A DNA stretch of 63,750 nucleotides, counting the filler, from Octopus bimaculoides (lineage: Eukaryota), in assembly GCF_001194135.2 (NCBI RefSeq). It is 5 parts of 4 records of this genome, joined end to end, with 100 filler letters (N's around TTAATTAATTAA, not from the genome) between each part and the next. Parts side by side here need not be neighbours in the genome. Positions count along the whole stretch, not along the records: positions 1 to 26,704 come from NC_068998.1; 4 more parts are not named here. One strand, written 5' to 3'. Positions within the stretch are counted from its first letter, which is position 1. Every line of letters starts with the position of its first letter. A program made the translations under genes and the position numbers. The notes beneath the pieces were generated by a model. It ran no database searches, had not been told where the DNA came from, and saw only the letters and a program-made list of their open reading frames with translations. Below, piece by piece: positions 1 through 12,985 of this stretch.

Positions 1-500
1 GAGAGAGAGAGAGAGAGGTGGGTAGTAAGAGATTAATTAGATGATCAATAAATTCAATGAAATCAGATATAGGTAGATTCAGTAAAATTATTGTTTATTG
101 TATCATTAACAATAACTACCCCGGAAGTTAACAGTTAACTTCATTAGCATCCCAACCAAAGGTCTAGGTTTCTACAATTTGACATTGATAATTACTCTGC
201 AAAATTTATAGCCAAAACCATCACTGATTAAGAATATAGATTTTGCTAAACCTATCACTGTATATAGATTTTGCTAAACCTGTCACAATATTGAGCAGTC
301 ATAAATTATGATTATTTTATGCAAGCCAAATAAACTGTGATAAACTTCTGTGAATCACAATAGATAACTGAGTGGTTAGTAACATGGTGATACTATTAAT
401 TGTAATTCCTATATGACAAATTAGAATTGGGGATACCAGGAATTACATGAAACCATGCGCTAAAGTGAAGGGCTGTCACTACATGCACTTTCTTATTTAG

Positions 501-1070
501 CCCTTTAACATTCAGATTACTCTGTCAAATGTAATGCTTATTTATCCGTATTGTCTTGAATTAATCATGCGTTATTTTGTGGAGGCGCAATGGCCCAGTA
601 GTTAGGGCAGTGGACTCGTGGTCATAGGATCGCGGTTTCGATTCCCAGACCGGGTGTTGTGAGTGTTTATTGAGCGAAAACACCTAAAGCTCCACGAGGC
701 TCCGGCAGGGGATGGTGGCGAACCCTGCTGTACTCTTTCACCACAACTTTCTCTCACTCTTACTTCCTGTTTCTGTTGTGGCTGTATTTCAAAGAGGCCG
801 GCTTTGTCACACTGTGTCACGCTGAATATCCCCGAGCACTACATTAAGGGTACACGTGTCTGTGGAGTGCTCAGCCACTTGCACGTTAATTTCACGAGCA
901 GGCTGTTCCGTTGATCGAATCAACTGGAACCCTCGACATCGTAAGCGACGGAGTGCCAACAGCACAACTATGACATTGTAGAGCAGGTGGGAGATGTTGG
1001 ATCTAGTCAGTTTGAATGTAAAAGAGGCAGAGTATGTTGGCTGGATATGGCTGGTTTAAATGCTAAAGGG
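501..1070 (+). mobile_element. Non-autonomous piggyBac-like MITE interrupted by a SINE
   Basis: Ends CCCTTTAACATT...AATGCTAAAGGG, flanked by TTAG (497-500) and TTAA (1071-1074); related copy at 4749-4968 in reverse; SINE nested at 579-968. Confidence 0.7.
579..968 (+). mobile_element. tRNA-derived SINE, family A
   Basis: Pol III A-box-like TGGCCCAGTAG and B-box-like GGTTTCGATTCC head, ~380-bp body near-identical to 3742, 10225, 15856 and 32217 copies, (CAA)-type tail. Confidence 0.9.
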
Positions 1071-1153
1071 TTAAAAAAGAAACTTTGGATTATCTTTCAT
1101 CATAGATGTTAATATTACTACAGTTAATTTCCTCAATGTGACACTTAACCTTT

Positions 1154-1315
1154 GTGGAGGCACATGGCTTAGTGGTTAAGATGTTGAACTCATGATCGTA
1201 ATATTGTGGTTTCGGTCCCTGGACCAACAAAACACTTCATTTCATTCTGCTCAGCAGATAAAAATGAGTAATCCTGTGATGGACCATGCCAGGGAAACTG
1301 GGAAGCCCGTCCTTT
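1154..1315 (+). mobile_element. tRNA-derived SINE, family D (degenerate)
   Basis: Head TGGCTTAGTGGTTAAG...GGTTTCGG followed by AAAACACTTCATTTC; related copy at 20383-20545. Confidence 0.65.
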
Positions 1316-1656
1316 GGTCCTTAGGGAGTGATGTGGACTAACCAACACATAGTTATATTATCCTTATCATAAATCCAATGGTACAATTTTTTCTTCTCAC
1401 GCCACTGTAGAGCGCATAAGGTCAGTACCCAGTTTCCATGGCATAGAAGTCTATTGCAGGATTTATGGTTAGCAATTTTGAGGAGAGAAACAAATAAACT
1501 ACAGTATTTCATTGGTGCTTTATTTTATCAATCCAAAAGATTAAAATCACCATTTTTGAATTTGTTAAACCGTCTTTGGCATTTCTGAACACTCACACCA
1601 TATGTTTTCCATTGCACATGTTGTTTTGTTGCTCTTATGATATTTGTTAAGCTTAC

Positions 1657-1699
1657 AATACTGAATATGCAGGCCAGTAAAGTCTTTGTCTTCTATAAT
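1657..1699 (-). CDS. Candidate 43-nt internal exon of an unidentified minus-strand gene
   Basis: CAG acceptor (1702-1700) and ATT|GTAAGC donor; open in two frames (IIEDKDFTGLHIQY or DYRRQRLYWPAYSV). Weak pyrimidine tract; no homology recognised. Confidence 0.25.
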
Positions 1700-1800
1700 C
1701 TGCCAGATGGAACATATACATACACAGATCACATTCACATGAAGGCTTGGTCATTAACTCTTTGCTGATTGGTTGATTGCAAGGTGACCTTTTATTGGTT

Positions 1801-2000
1801 TACTCTTTTACTTGTTTCAGTCAGACTGTGGCCATGCTGGAGTACCGCCTTTATAGTCGAGCAAATCAACCCCAGAGCTTATTCTTTGTAAGCCCAGTAC
1901 TTATTCTATCGGTCTCTTTTGCTGAACCACTAAGTTATGGGGACGTAAACACACCAGCATCAGTTGTCAAGCGAAGTTGTGGGGACAAACACAGACACAC

Positions 2001-2031
<31 letters not shown>

Positions 2032-2207
2032 NNNNNNNNNNNNNNNNNNNNNNNNNNNNNNNNNNNNNNNNNNNNNNNNNNNNNNNNNNNNNNNNNNNNN
2101 NNNNNNNNNNNNNNNNNNNNNNNNNNNNNNNNNNNNNNNNNNNNNNNNNNNNNNNNNNNNNNNNNNNNNNNNNNNNNNNNNNNNNNNNNNNNNNNNNNNN
2201 NNNNNNN

Positions 2208-2252
<45 letters not shown>

Positions 2253-2340
2253 CGATGGGTTTCTTCCAGTTTCCGTCTACCAAATCCACTCACAAGGCTT
2301 TGGTCAGCCCGAGGCTATAGTAGAAGACACTTGCCTAAAG
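1801..2340 (-). mobile_element. tRNA-derived SINE, family B, with internal (TA)n tract spanning a gap
   Basis: Reverse complement of the family B body (GGCAAGTGTCTTCTACTATAGCCTCGGGC...GAAAGAAGCCCGTCG-microsatellite-...GACTGAAACAAGTAAAAGAG). Confidence 0.85.
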
Positions 2341-2384
2341 AGCCACTCTCATACAAGTAGTATGAGAGAATATGTCTGGCCATG

Positions 2385-2486
2385 AAGAAACAGGTAATTG
2401 TTGGCAACAGAGAAGGCATCCAGCCACAGAAAATCTGCTTCTTTAAACTGTCCAATCCATGCAGGCATGGAGAGGTCAGCATTAAC

Positions 2487-2568
<82 letters not shown>

Positions 2569-2615
2569 CGACAACAACAATGATGATGATGATAATGATG
2601 ATGATGACGATGACG
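2385..2615 (+). mobile_element. RTE-type LINE 3' tail with expanded (ATG)n
   Basis: GAAGGCATCCAGCC...CCATGCAGGCATGGA then long (GAT)n, same tail as the RT-bearing copy at 12262-12985. Confidence 0.7.
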
Positions 2616-2744
2616 ATACTTCTTAAAATCATTTTTAAACCATGACTTTTCTTTGTATCTTATAAGCTTTTGTACAACTAATACTTCTTAACCTGAATAT
2701 ATTTGAAATCTAAATTTAGCACATGTACTTACTGTGATAGGGGG

Positions 2745-3085
2745 GGGTGCATGCATGTGTGTGTATGTGTGCATATGTGTGTGTGTGCATATATGTGTGT
2801 GCGTGTGTTTGTTTGTGTGTGTGTGTGCATGCATGTGTGCATGCATATGTGTGTATGTTTGTTTGTGTGCATGTGTGTGTATGTGTATATGGGTGTGTAT
2901 GTGTATATATGTGTGTGTGTGTGTTTGTTTGTGTGTGTATGTGTGTGTATGTGTGTGTGTGCGCATGTGAGTATGTGTATGTGTGTGCATGCATATGTGT
3001 GTGTATGTGTGTGTGTTTGTGTACATATGTGTTTGTATGTGTGTATATGTGTATGTGTGTGTTTGTTTGTTTGTGTGTGTGTGTA

Positions 3086-3135
<50 letters not shown>

Positions 3136-3145
3136 TGTGTGTACT
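2745..3145. repeat. Compound (GT)n/(GTAT)n microsatellite
   Basis: Direct inspection. Confidence 0.95.
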
Positions 3146-3496
3146 TAAATTCTGTAACCCTAGTAGGAAATCCATAAGTTTAAGCGTTTTACATGTCAAG
3201 ATGTTAGATCTTAACAGTCGTATCACTAGAATACTGTGAACTACTTTCAGAGCTACAGTAACAGATAATAATCAAAACAGAGAATGATTCATTTAGTATT
3301 GATTGATAACCTTTACATTGACAAATGTTTTAACATAACCTATTTTAACAAGGAGGAATTTGCTAAGGTATACATTTTTACTGAAATTAGCTTTAAATTT
3401 CAGTTATCTTAGATTTGAATATAGTGGAAATTGTGAAGACTAATTCAACATGTCTTATTTAATGAAAAATTTTGCATGTTTAAAATTTCTATAATT

Positions 3497-3550
<54 letters not shown>

Positions 3551-3741
3551 TGTATGTATGTATGTATGTATGTATGTATNNNNNNNNNNNNNNNNNNNNN
3601 NNNNNNNNNNNNNNNNNNNNNNNNNNNNNNNNNNNNNNNNNNNNNNNNNNNNNNNNNNNNNNNNNNNNNNNNNNNNNNNNNNNNNNNNNNNNNNNNNNNN
3701 NNNNNNNNNNNNNNNNNNNNNNNNNNNNNNNNNNNNNNNNN

Positions 3742-4083
3742 ATAGGAACGCGGTTTCGATTCCCAGACCAGGTGTTGTGAGTGTTTATTGAGCGAAAACA
3801 CCTAAAGCTCCATGAGGCTCCGGCAGGGGATGGTGGCGAACCCTGCTGTACTCTTTCACCACAACTTTCTCTCACTCTTACTTCCTGTTTCTGTTTGTGC
3901 CTGTAATTCAAAGGGTCAGCCTTGTCACACTGTGTCACGCTGAATAACCCCGAGAACTACGTTAAGGGTACATGGTGTCTGTGGAGTGCTCAGCCACTTG
4001 CACGTTAATTTCACGAGTAGGCTGTTCCGTAGATCGGATCAACTGGAACCCTCGACGTCGTAAGCGATGGAGTGCCAACAACA
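3742..4083 (+). mobile_element. SINE family A (head lost in gap)
   Basis: Matches 579-968 from the B-box to the GAGTGCCAACAAC tail. Confidence 0.9.
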
Positions 4084-4748
4084 TATATATATACATACTT
4101 CCTTTTATGCAAGCTGTCAAATTTAGCTCTAACATCCAGTATGTGTGTATATGTGTTGTTTGAGATGCTCTTCTGCTCCACTTCATCCGACTGTACCCAT
4201 GCTCACTGATATTTATGCTACACTGACTTTGTGGTCCTATCCTTTTCCTCCTTCTCCGTGACTGCACACTGGACCACTGCTTTGTAGTTAGAAAACCCAC
4301 ATTTTCCTGCTTGCGTGCACCATTCTCAAAAACCTCCTTTCACTTTGTATTTTCGATGACATTGTCTGCCTTTCACTTGCATCCAGTTTGTGTGTGTGTG
4401 TGTGTGTGTACACTGTAATGTGGTTGGTGTTAGGAAGGGCATCCAGTCATAGAAACCGTGCCAAACCAACCTGACACTGGAACTTGGCACAGCCCTGCAG
4501 CTTACTGGATACTGTCAAACCATCTAACCCATGCCAGCTTATGATTGGATTTGATAGACAGAAACTGGAAGAAGCCTGTTAAATTTGTGTGTGTGTGTCT
4601 TTGTGCTTATGTTTGTTCCCTCCCTACGGTGTTTGACAACTGGGGCTCATTTGTTTACATCCTCATAAGTCAGCAGTTTGAGAAAGAGATTGATTAGATA
4701 AGTATCAGATTTGAAAAAATAAGCACTGGGATCAATTTGTTTCATTAG

Positions 4749-4968
4749 CCCTTTACAATTTAAACTGGCCATACCCAGCCAAAATATTCTTCCTGTTTTA
4801 TATCCCAACTGGCCACATCTAGTTTCTCACACCTACCCTACAATGTCGTTCTAAAAATAAACAGTTACATCATTGATATTTTGAAGCTACAAGATAATGC
4901 ATGACTAATTTAAAAGAATGTGAATAAATAAGCATTACATTTGACAGAGTTGTCTGAATGTTAAAAGG
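4749..4968 (-). mobile_element. piggyBac-like MITE (uninterrupted copy)
   Basis: TTAG|CCCTTTACAATT...AATGTTAAAAGG|TTAA; reverse complement of the 501-1070 element without its SINE. Confidence 0.7.
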
Positions 4969-5138
4969 TTAAAACCTTACATGCTTGACCATAGTCCAAA
5001 GACTGAAACAAGTAAAAGATAAAAGATTAAAAAAACCCTATTAAATGGGATTTATGATTGATGTAATTGACTAAACCCTTGTAAATGGTGCCCCAATTCA
5101 ACTGTAGTCCAGTGACTGAAACTAATAAAAGAATAAAG

Positions 5139-5217
<79 letters not shown>

Positions 5218-5582
5218 NNNNNNNNNNNNNNNNNNNNNNNNNNNNNNNNNNNNNNNNNNNNNNNNNNNNNNNNNNNNNNNNNNNNNNNNNNNNNNNNNNN
5301 NNNNNNNNNNNNNNNNNNNNNNNNNNNNNNNNNNNNNNNNNNNNNNNNNNNNNNNNNNNNNNNNNNNNNNNNNNNNNNNNNNNNNNNNNNNNNNNNNNNN
5401 NNNNNNNNNNNNNNNNNNNNNNNNNNNNNNNNNNNNNNNNNNNNNNNNNNNNNNNNNNNNNNNNNNNNNNNNNNNNNNNNNNNNNNNNNNNNNNNNNNNN
5501 NNNNNNNNNNNNNNNNNNNNNNNNNNNNNNNNNNNNNNNNNNNNNNNNNNNNNNNNNNNNNTATATATATATATATATATAT

Positions 5583-5895
5583 ATCATTGTTTAACATCCA
5601 CCTTCCATGCTGGCATGGGTGGGACGGTTTGACAAGAGCCAGCCAGGCAGAAGCCTGCACCAGACTTCTGTAACTGTTTTGGCAGGATTTTTACAGCTGG
5701 ATGCCCTTCCTAACACCAACCACTCTGCAGAGTGGACTTAGTGCGTTTTACATGTCACAAGCACAGGTGAGGTCAGTTTTGGCAAGGTTTTTACAGCTGG
5801 ATGTCCTTCCAAATGCCAACCACTTTACAGTGTGGACTGGGTGCTTTTGAGTGGCACCTGCACCGACAGGGTCACCAAGTACATGCAAGACAAAA
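5583..5895 (-). mobile_element. RTE-type LINE 3' UTR fragment
   Basis: TTTAACATCCACCTTCCATGCTGGCATGGG...TTTTACAGCTGGATGCCCTTCCTAAC matches the reverse of the 12.8-13.0 kb tail. Confidence 0.75.
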
Positions 5896-6019
5896 AAAAA
5901 TCTCTTGAGAGGGCATTGGAGGAAGTGATCTTATGTTAGATGATGAAAGGTTATAATGAGGCAGAGAGACGGAAAAAGATATCTCACTGTAGAGGAGTTA
6001 CAAGGTTACCTAGCTGGAG

Positions 6020-6071
<52 letters not shown>

Positions 6072-6569
6072 TGAGAGAGAGAGAGAGAGATCAGGAATGA
6101 AGACAGAAACAGGTGCGCTGCCACAAAGGAAATACATGGTTACCCAATCTGAGGGAAGTGCAAGAGAGGGAGAGAGAGAGTGGGAGACAACAGGATAGAG
6201 ATGGTGGCAAAGTGCCGGGCATATGCAATGATACAGTGAGACAGGGCATGGGTGGAACACGCCATGCTGTGGGACAGAACTTCGAACCATGTGGTTGGGA
6301 AGCAAGCTTACCACACAGCCAAGTATATATATATATATATTGAGAGATAGGTAGATAGACAAACAGGCAGACAGATATTTCATCAAATGTAAAGATCCAA
6401 AGTAATTGAAGATTGTGGTCAAATTGTATAATCGCAGGTGCATGAAACTATTATTCAATGCTTGAAGAACTCCAAGAATAAAAGAATAAACTCAACTGCT
6501 CTCATGAACGAGAATACTAAAAAAAATGAACCTGTCTGCACTAAAAAATTGAGTAAAAAAATGGAAAAA

Positions 6570-6759
6570 TAATCCAGAATTTTTGTCTCTGATACTGGAT
6601 CGATCCCAAAAATCTAATCAGTTCGTGCTATTCATGAGGCCAAACATCCCTGAAAGTTTCATCTGAATCCATCCAGCAGTTCTTGAGATATCTTGTCCAC
6701 AGACTAACAAACAAACACAACTGAAAACAATACTTCTGCCTTTGCTAAGGCAGAGGTAA
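6570..6759 (+). mobile_element. Helentron/DINE-1-like non-autonomous element end
   Basis: GAAAGTTTCATCTGAATCCATCCAGCAGTTCTTGAGATATC, short (ACAA) microsatellite, then terminal hairpin TACTTCTGCCTT-TGCT-AAGGCAGAGGTA (6731-6758; 12 bp, one G-T). Confidence 0.6.
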
Positions 6760-7231
6760 AAAAGACAGGTAAAGTTCACTGTCAAAAGTATTAGCTTTGT
6801 GTTCAAAGAAATAGTAAGACTTAATTTTTGTAATGTTTCTGATGTTACCATTTTTGGATAGAGTGAAAAGTGGAAATGTCAGGTCAACAGCAATCTCATC
6901 ACAGGCTGATGAGACCTGCTGCTGTTATGTAAACCAGTACTACCTGTTCTGTGGTCAAGTGGTCAGTGACTAAACCAGGTGCCCCACTTGAGTAGTATGC
7001 TACTTAAGTAGGAAAGGTGCTTGTACACCTTGCAAGATTAAAAACATGACCTGTTGAAGGGTGGGTGGCCTCCTTGTGGGCCAATTGCCATCCAGTTGGA
7101 AATGGCAATGGTAAACCACCCCCAGTATCTCTGCCAAGAAATTGCTAAGAGAAAGTTAGAGCAAAGTGATGCTATGGCTTCATGTGATGGGAGAACGCAT
7201 GTTTAATTGGAAAAACTTTTATTACATAGGT

Positions 7232-7635
7232 GCAGGTATGGCTGTGCTGTAAGAAGCTTGCTTCCCAAACACATGGTTCTGGGTTCAGTCCTACTGCATG
7301 GCACCTTGGGCAAGTGTCTTCTACTATAGCTTTAGGCCGACCAAAACATTGTGAGTGAATTTGGTTGACGGAAACTGAAAGAAGCCCGTCATGTATATGT
7401 GTGTGTGTGTCAGTCTGTCTGTCTGTCTGTCCCCCCATCATCACTTGACAACTGATGTTGATGTGTTTATACCCCTGTAACTTAGTGGTTCAGCAAAAGA
7501 GACTAATTGAATAAGTACTAGGCTTATAAAGAATAAGTCCTGAAGTCGATTTCTTTGACTGAAAAAAACAAAAACCCTTTGAGGCGGTGCTCCAGTGGGG
7601 CCACAGTTAAAATGACTGATGCATGTAAAAGAATT
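7232..7635 (+). mobile_element. SINE family B (CpG-decayed)
   Basis: Full head-core-microsatellite-tail layout as in the 30625 copy. Confidence 0.85.
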
Positions 7636-8429
7636 GTTCCATGACCATGCTGAAAATGTGTTCAATGCATAACGACATTGCTGAGTGGAAAGCTTACCCT
7701 GCTTTACTATAAAAATGTCATCACAATCCAACACATGTATACATTTTAGGCAAGGGTAGGGCAACTAAAAAGTGCATCGGACAAAAATTTCCAGCCATGG
7801 CAGGATTCGAACTCAGAATGATAAAAATCCAGAAAAAATACAAAAATATATCTGGTCCAACATTTTTACATTTACACCTATCTTCCACCCTAAATTGGTA
7901 CCTTTTCATCGACCCAAAAAGGATGGCAGGCAAAGCTGACCTTGGTAAGATTTGAACTCGGGGTGTAGATAATCAGAAATGCTGTGAGATATTCAATCCA
8001 ACATTGTAATGACTCTGCCAATTCATTACCTTCCAGCCTAAGATTCAATTAATTGATTTTGTAATTAATCTAAACAATCTTGTACCAAATGACCCTGTCT
8101 TCCTTGGCCTTAATTTATGAATGATTAATTAACTTACTATGAGTACTAACGAACTTGTAGTGCTTGTAGTAGTCCAGTGGGTTTATATTTTCTCCTTCCC
8201 AATTCTTTCTTGTGTTGGTAGGCATGGCTGTGTGGTTTTTAGGTACAGTTTCATTGTCTGGCACCTTGAGCAAATATCTTCAACTATAGCCTCAAGCCAA
8301 CCAAGACCTTGTTAGTGAATTTGCCAGATGGAAACTGAAAGAAGCTAATTGTATGTATATTATACACGTGTGTGTTTGTGCATGTAATATTGAATGTTTC
8401 CAGAAAGAAATGAAGGAAAACTACAATTA

Positions 8430-8690
8430 AAGTCAGAGTACTAAATGAACAGAAACTCTTACAGATCTAACCAAACATTATTTGGTATATACATTTGAGA
8501 ACTGAAAAATAAATCTATTCAATTTCTACTTTGGTAAGAAAATCTTAAAAAATAGCAAAATTGTATTCAGCGAACTAGAAACCATGCAAACTCTGCACCA
8601 AAGAGAACTCAGAAACATTCTTTGCTAATGTTCTTCATTAGAATAAACATTCCGATCACTTTGTATCATGCATACACACATGAACTGCCC
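8430..8690 (+). pseudogene. Penelope-like element GIY-YIG C-terminal remnant
   Basis: Translation from 8585: CKLCTKENSETFFANVLH*NKHSDHFVSCIH, resembling the PLE C-terminal CxLCxxEK...LNKRSELxSxCRH pattern; followed by an AT-rich tail. Confidence 0.5.
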
Positions 8691-10224
8691 CTACTGCAAA
8701 TTAATGTTTAGTTTATTCTTTATTATAAACAAGTCTTGATATATCGTCAACCTTAATTATTCCTGGGTCTTTATCATTTAATTTTTCCTTATTCTTCTCT
8801 GCCGCTTTAAACTCTACTTTCTTATAACCCAAAATGTGGGTATAACAGACTACTTTTTATTATACACTGAACTTCATCTCCATTTCTAACTTTATTACAC
8901 AAAATATTGATCTATCATCTACCTTATACTATCCTAATTATTTTAGTTCTCTTTGATCAATTATTTACATATTTTGCGTTTATCTCTTTTATCTCTTATT
9001 TCTCCCATTTTTCTCTTTCATATTCTGATCTCTGCATTACTATACATATACATGGATACATATACATACATGTATATGTACGTATGTAATATATATATAT
9101 TTAAGTGTCTCTGCATGCATGTGTGTTCGTATAAGTATGCATTTATATATTTATACATATACATGTGTGTCTGTGTGTGTGTATTACCAAATAATTAATG
9201 ATCTCCTAATTATTCTCTGGCTCTACCTTAGCTACTAATATTCTCTCATTATCAGGTATTGGCAAATACCTTTGCTTTTTCCTCAAGGTCCATTATTCTT
9301 CCTGTCTTTTATGCCCTTCCTATTGTTGATGCTGTTTATTGATGTTCTTTTACACTTTAATTGTCTAATCGTTAATATCTATTGATTTGATGAGCATTAT
9401 TCTTGATTTACTCGTTAAATTGTTTCTCAATTTAATTTTTATAAGAGGAAATTACTGTTGCAATTTTTCCCATTTTGATTGCCTAATTATTAATATTTAT
9501 TTACTTATTGTCAATCCTGATTTATTTTTTCATTGTTTCTCTGATTTTTTTACACAATTAAGATTTTATTTCTTTTTATCAATTTCAAATTGAATTCTTC
9601 CTCATTTAAAGTTCCCACAATTTTCACTAAATATTGGTTTGAAATTTTGGCACAAGGCCAGCAAGTTAAGGAGAGGATGCTTTACTTTGGAGGTTTCCAA
9701 AGGTCGATTTCTAATAAAGATTCTTCATATTTCATTGGTAGCTTACTGTTATAAGAATTTTGCAAATATGAAAATGCTGCAAGTATAAGGTGTGTTATGA
9801 GAATTTATAGAACAAGTATCCTATAGAAACTCAACAAACTGTTAAAGATGGAGAAGAGAAAATGTTAAAGATTTGAAAAGAATTTAATCCATGCATACAA
9901 TCGTTTCAAACAGCAATATTAACATGTAAATAACATATTACTATTCTCCTCAGTGCAAAAAAAGAATACAACAAAAAAATAATATTATTATTGTTACAGA
10001 AGACTTGATGGAGTGAGAATCACATGACTTATTTGGATATACATATTATCCTTCTGAAAGATTAAGAGTATGCAGAGATAGTATTGTTGAGTCTAATTGT
10101 GAAAGAATTAAAACTGATGTGGCTAATGGTTATTTGAAAATATAAGTGAAAGATGTTTAAGAAACATTCCCTCTATATAAAAATAAGTAATTAAGTGATA
10201 TACACTCCATATAAAGCATTTATT

Positions 10225-10604
10225 GTGGAGGCGCAATGGCCCAGTGGTTAGGGCAGCGGACTCACGGTCATAGGATCGCAGTTTCAATTCCCAGACCGGG
10301 CGTTGTGAGTGTTTATTGAGCGAAAACACCTAAAGTTCCACGAGGCTCCGGCAGGGGACGGTGGCGAACCCTGCTGTACTCTTTCACCACAACTTTCTCT
10401 TACTTCCTGTTTCTGTTGTGCCTGTAATTCAAAGGGTCAGCCTTGTCACACTCTGTGTCACGCTGAATATCCCCGAGAACTACGTTAAGGGTACACGTGT
10501 CTGTGGAGTGCTCAGCCACTTGCACGTTAATTTCCCGAGCAGGCTGTTCCGTTGATCGGATCAACTGGAACCCTCGACGTCGTAAGTGACAGAGTGCCAA
10601 CAAC
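10225..10604 (+). mobile_element. SINE family A, full length with TSD
   Basis: 11-bp target-site duplication AAAGCATTTAT at 10213-10223 and 10605-10615; intact A/B boxes. Confidence 0.92.
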
Positions 10605-10736
10605 AAAGCATTTATCATAAGAAGTAAAATATAATATATATAAGCATCCAATAGGACAGATAGCTATAGATATATATGTATATGGCAAATGAAAGACAGA
10701 AGATGGAATATGCAAGAATTTATTATTAATCACGAC

Positions 10737-10776
<40 letters not shown>

Positions 10777-11332
10777 TTATATCTATGTGTGTGTGCCTCT
10801 GTGTTTGTTTGTCCACCACAACTGCTTGACAACTGGTGTTGATTTGTTTTCATTGCTGTAACTTAGCAGCTCAACAAAAGCGACAAATAGAATAACTACC
10901 ATGCTTTAAAGATATAAGTGCTGCAGTTGTGTCATTTGATCAAAACCTTTCAAAGATAATGTCTCAGAGTATCCGCAATCCAATGACTGAAACAAGTGGG
11001 AAATAAAAAAAAAAAATAAAGATTATGCATGAATGGTTATAAAAAATTCCTGATTTAATTATTTAATGGTTTAGTTGTTTATTTGTTCTTTAACCCTATG
11101 ATAATTAGCCATGATTTTAATTGTATAATGATAATGCATTCGTTCATTTGTTAATTAACTTGAATATAAAAGCTTCTTCCTGATTTAATAGTTGAATGTT
11201 AATTATCCAATGGGTAGAGGCAGTGAGCTGATAGAATGGTTACCGTGCCAGTTCTTTATGTCTTTGGTTTCAATGCTGACCGAGGTCAGCTTTATCTTTT
11301 GTCATTTCTGGGTTGATAATATAAATATTAGC

Positions 11333-11530
11333 ACAGGAGTGGTTGTGTGGTAAGTAGCTTTCTTACCAACCACATGCTTTCGGGTTCTTTCCCACTGCGT
11401 GGCACTTTGCGCAAGTGTCTTTAACTATAGCCTCGGGCCGACCAAAGTCTTGTGAGTGGATTTGGTAGACGGAAACTGAAAGAAGCCCGTCGTATATATA
11501 TATGGGTGTGTGTGTTTGTCCCTCCAACAA
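11333..11530 (+). mobile_element. SINE family B, 5' half
   Basis: GCACAGGAGTGGTTGTGTGGTAAGTAGC...GAAAGAAGCCCGTCG. Confidence 0.85.
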
Positions 11531-11796
11531 AACCTGTGATAAAAAGAGAGAAAAGTAATAATAACAACAACAACAATAATAATAATAATAATAAGGCCTC
11601 ACCTGCAAGATCATGCGCTGTTTATCCTGATATGAGATCACCATGTTGTGCACATATGGTTGTGATGCATGTGCCTGGTGTACCCTTATCAGACGTGTCG
11701 TCATGATGGGTATATTGGGCTTTGTATAGTTGTACCCCAGTGTTAGTTTGATAGCATTCACTGCTCTTTCACTCAATAACAATAATAATAATAATA

Positions 11797-12240
11797 ATCT
11801 TTTCTACTAAAGGCACAATGCCTGAAATTTTGAGGGAGGAGACTAGTCAATTATATTGACCCTCCAGTGTTTCACTGGTACTTAATTTATCGACCCCAAA
11901 AGGATGAAAGGCAAAGTCAACCTTGGCAGAATTTGAACTGAGATGGACGAAAAGCCCCTAAGCATTTAGCCCAGAATGCTAACAATTCTGCCAGCTTACT
12001 GCTTTTTCCAATAATAATAATAATAATTCTTACTACTAAAGGTACAAGGCCTGAAATTTGTAGTGAGGAGACTTGTCTATTACATCAACCCCAGTGTTTC
12101 ACTGGTGCTTAATTTATCAGCCCCAAAAGGATGAAAGGCAAAGTTGACCTTGCCGGAATTTGAACTCAGAACATAAGGACGAATGAAATGCCTGTAAGCA
12201 TTTCACCAGGCGTGCTAACAATTGAGCTCTCTTGCCACCT
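11797..12240 (-). mobile_element. Two tandem SINE family C (Meta-core) copies
   Basis: Both contain the reverse of GCCTTTCATCCTTTTGGGG...GATAAATTAAG-ACCAG, separated by (AAT)n. Confidence 0.8.
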
Positions 12241-12261
12241 TGACCAATAATAATAATAATA

Positions 12262-12985
12262 TGTGAATACCCGTCAGAGTGTAAGTATCTTGAGAGAAAA
12301 GCTGAACATTAGAAGCATCAGTTGTGGCGTGCAAGAGAGACGATTGCGCTGGTATGGACATGTGGTGAGAATGGAGGAGGATAGCTGCGTGAAAAAGTGC
12401 CACACCCTAACAGTTGAGGGAACCCGTGGAAGAGGTAGGCCCAGGAAGACCTGGGCTGAGGTGGTGAGGCAAGACCTTCGTACATTGGGCCTCACCGAGG
12501 CGATGACTACGGACCGAGACCTTTGGAAATGGGCTGTGCGTGAGAAGACCCGGCAAGCCAAGTAAGATCGTTGCCAGTGCCCCTGGACTGGTTCTTGTGC
12601 GGNNNNNNNNNNNNNNNNNNNNNNNNNNNNNNNNNNNNNNNNNNNNNNNNNNNNNNNNNNNNNNNNNNNNNNNNNNNNNNNNNNNNNNNNNNNNNNNNNN
12701 NNNNNNNNNNNNNNNNNNNNNNNNNNNNNNNNNNNNNNNNNNNNNNNNNNATAAAAGACACCATTTCGAGCGTGGCCGTTTTCGTGCGGGTGACACGTAA
12801 AAGCACCCACTACACTCTCTGAGTGGTTGGCGTTAGGAAGGGCATCCAGCTGTAGAAACTCTGCCAAATCAGACTGGAGCCTGGTGTTGCCATCCGGTTT
12901 CACCAGTCCTCAGTCAAATCGTCCAACCCATGCTAGCATGGAAAGCGGACGTTAAACGATGATGATGATGATGATGATGATGAAT
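12262..12985 (+). mobile_element. 5'-truncated RTE-clade LINE (RT C-terminus, 3' UTR, (GAT)n tail)
   Basis: ORF 12263-12565 has RRLRWYGHVVRM...EGTRGRGRPRKTW...DRDLW, a typical RTE C-terminus; inserted in an (AAT)n tract present on both sides. Confidence 0.9.

Noticed and set aside
234-286. 28-bp-period direct duplication ATATAGATTTTGCTAAACCT-TCAC
   Set aside because: Two-copy local slippage with no further structure.
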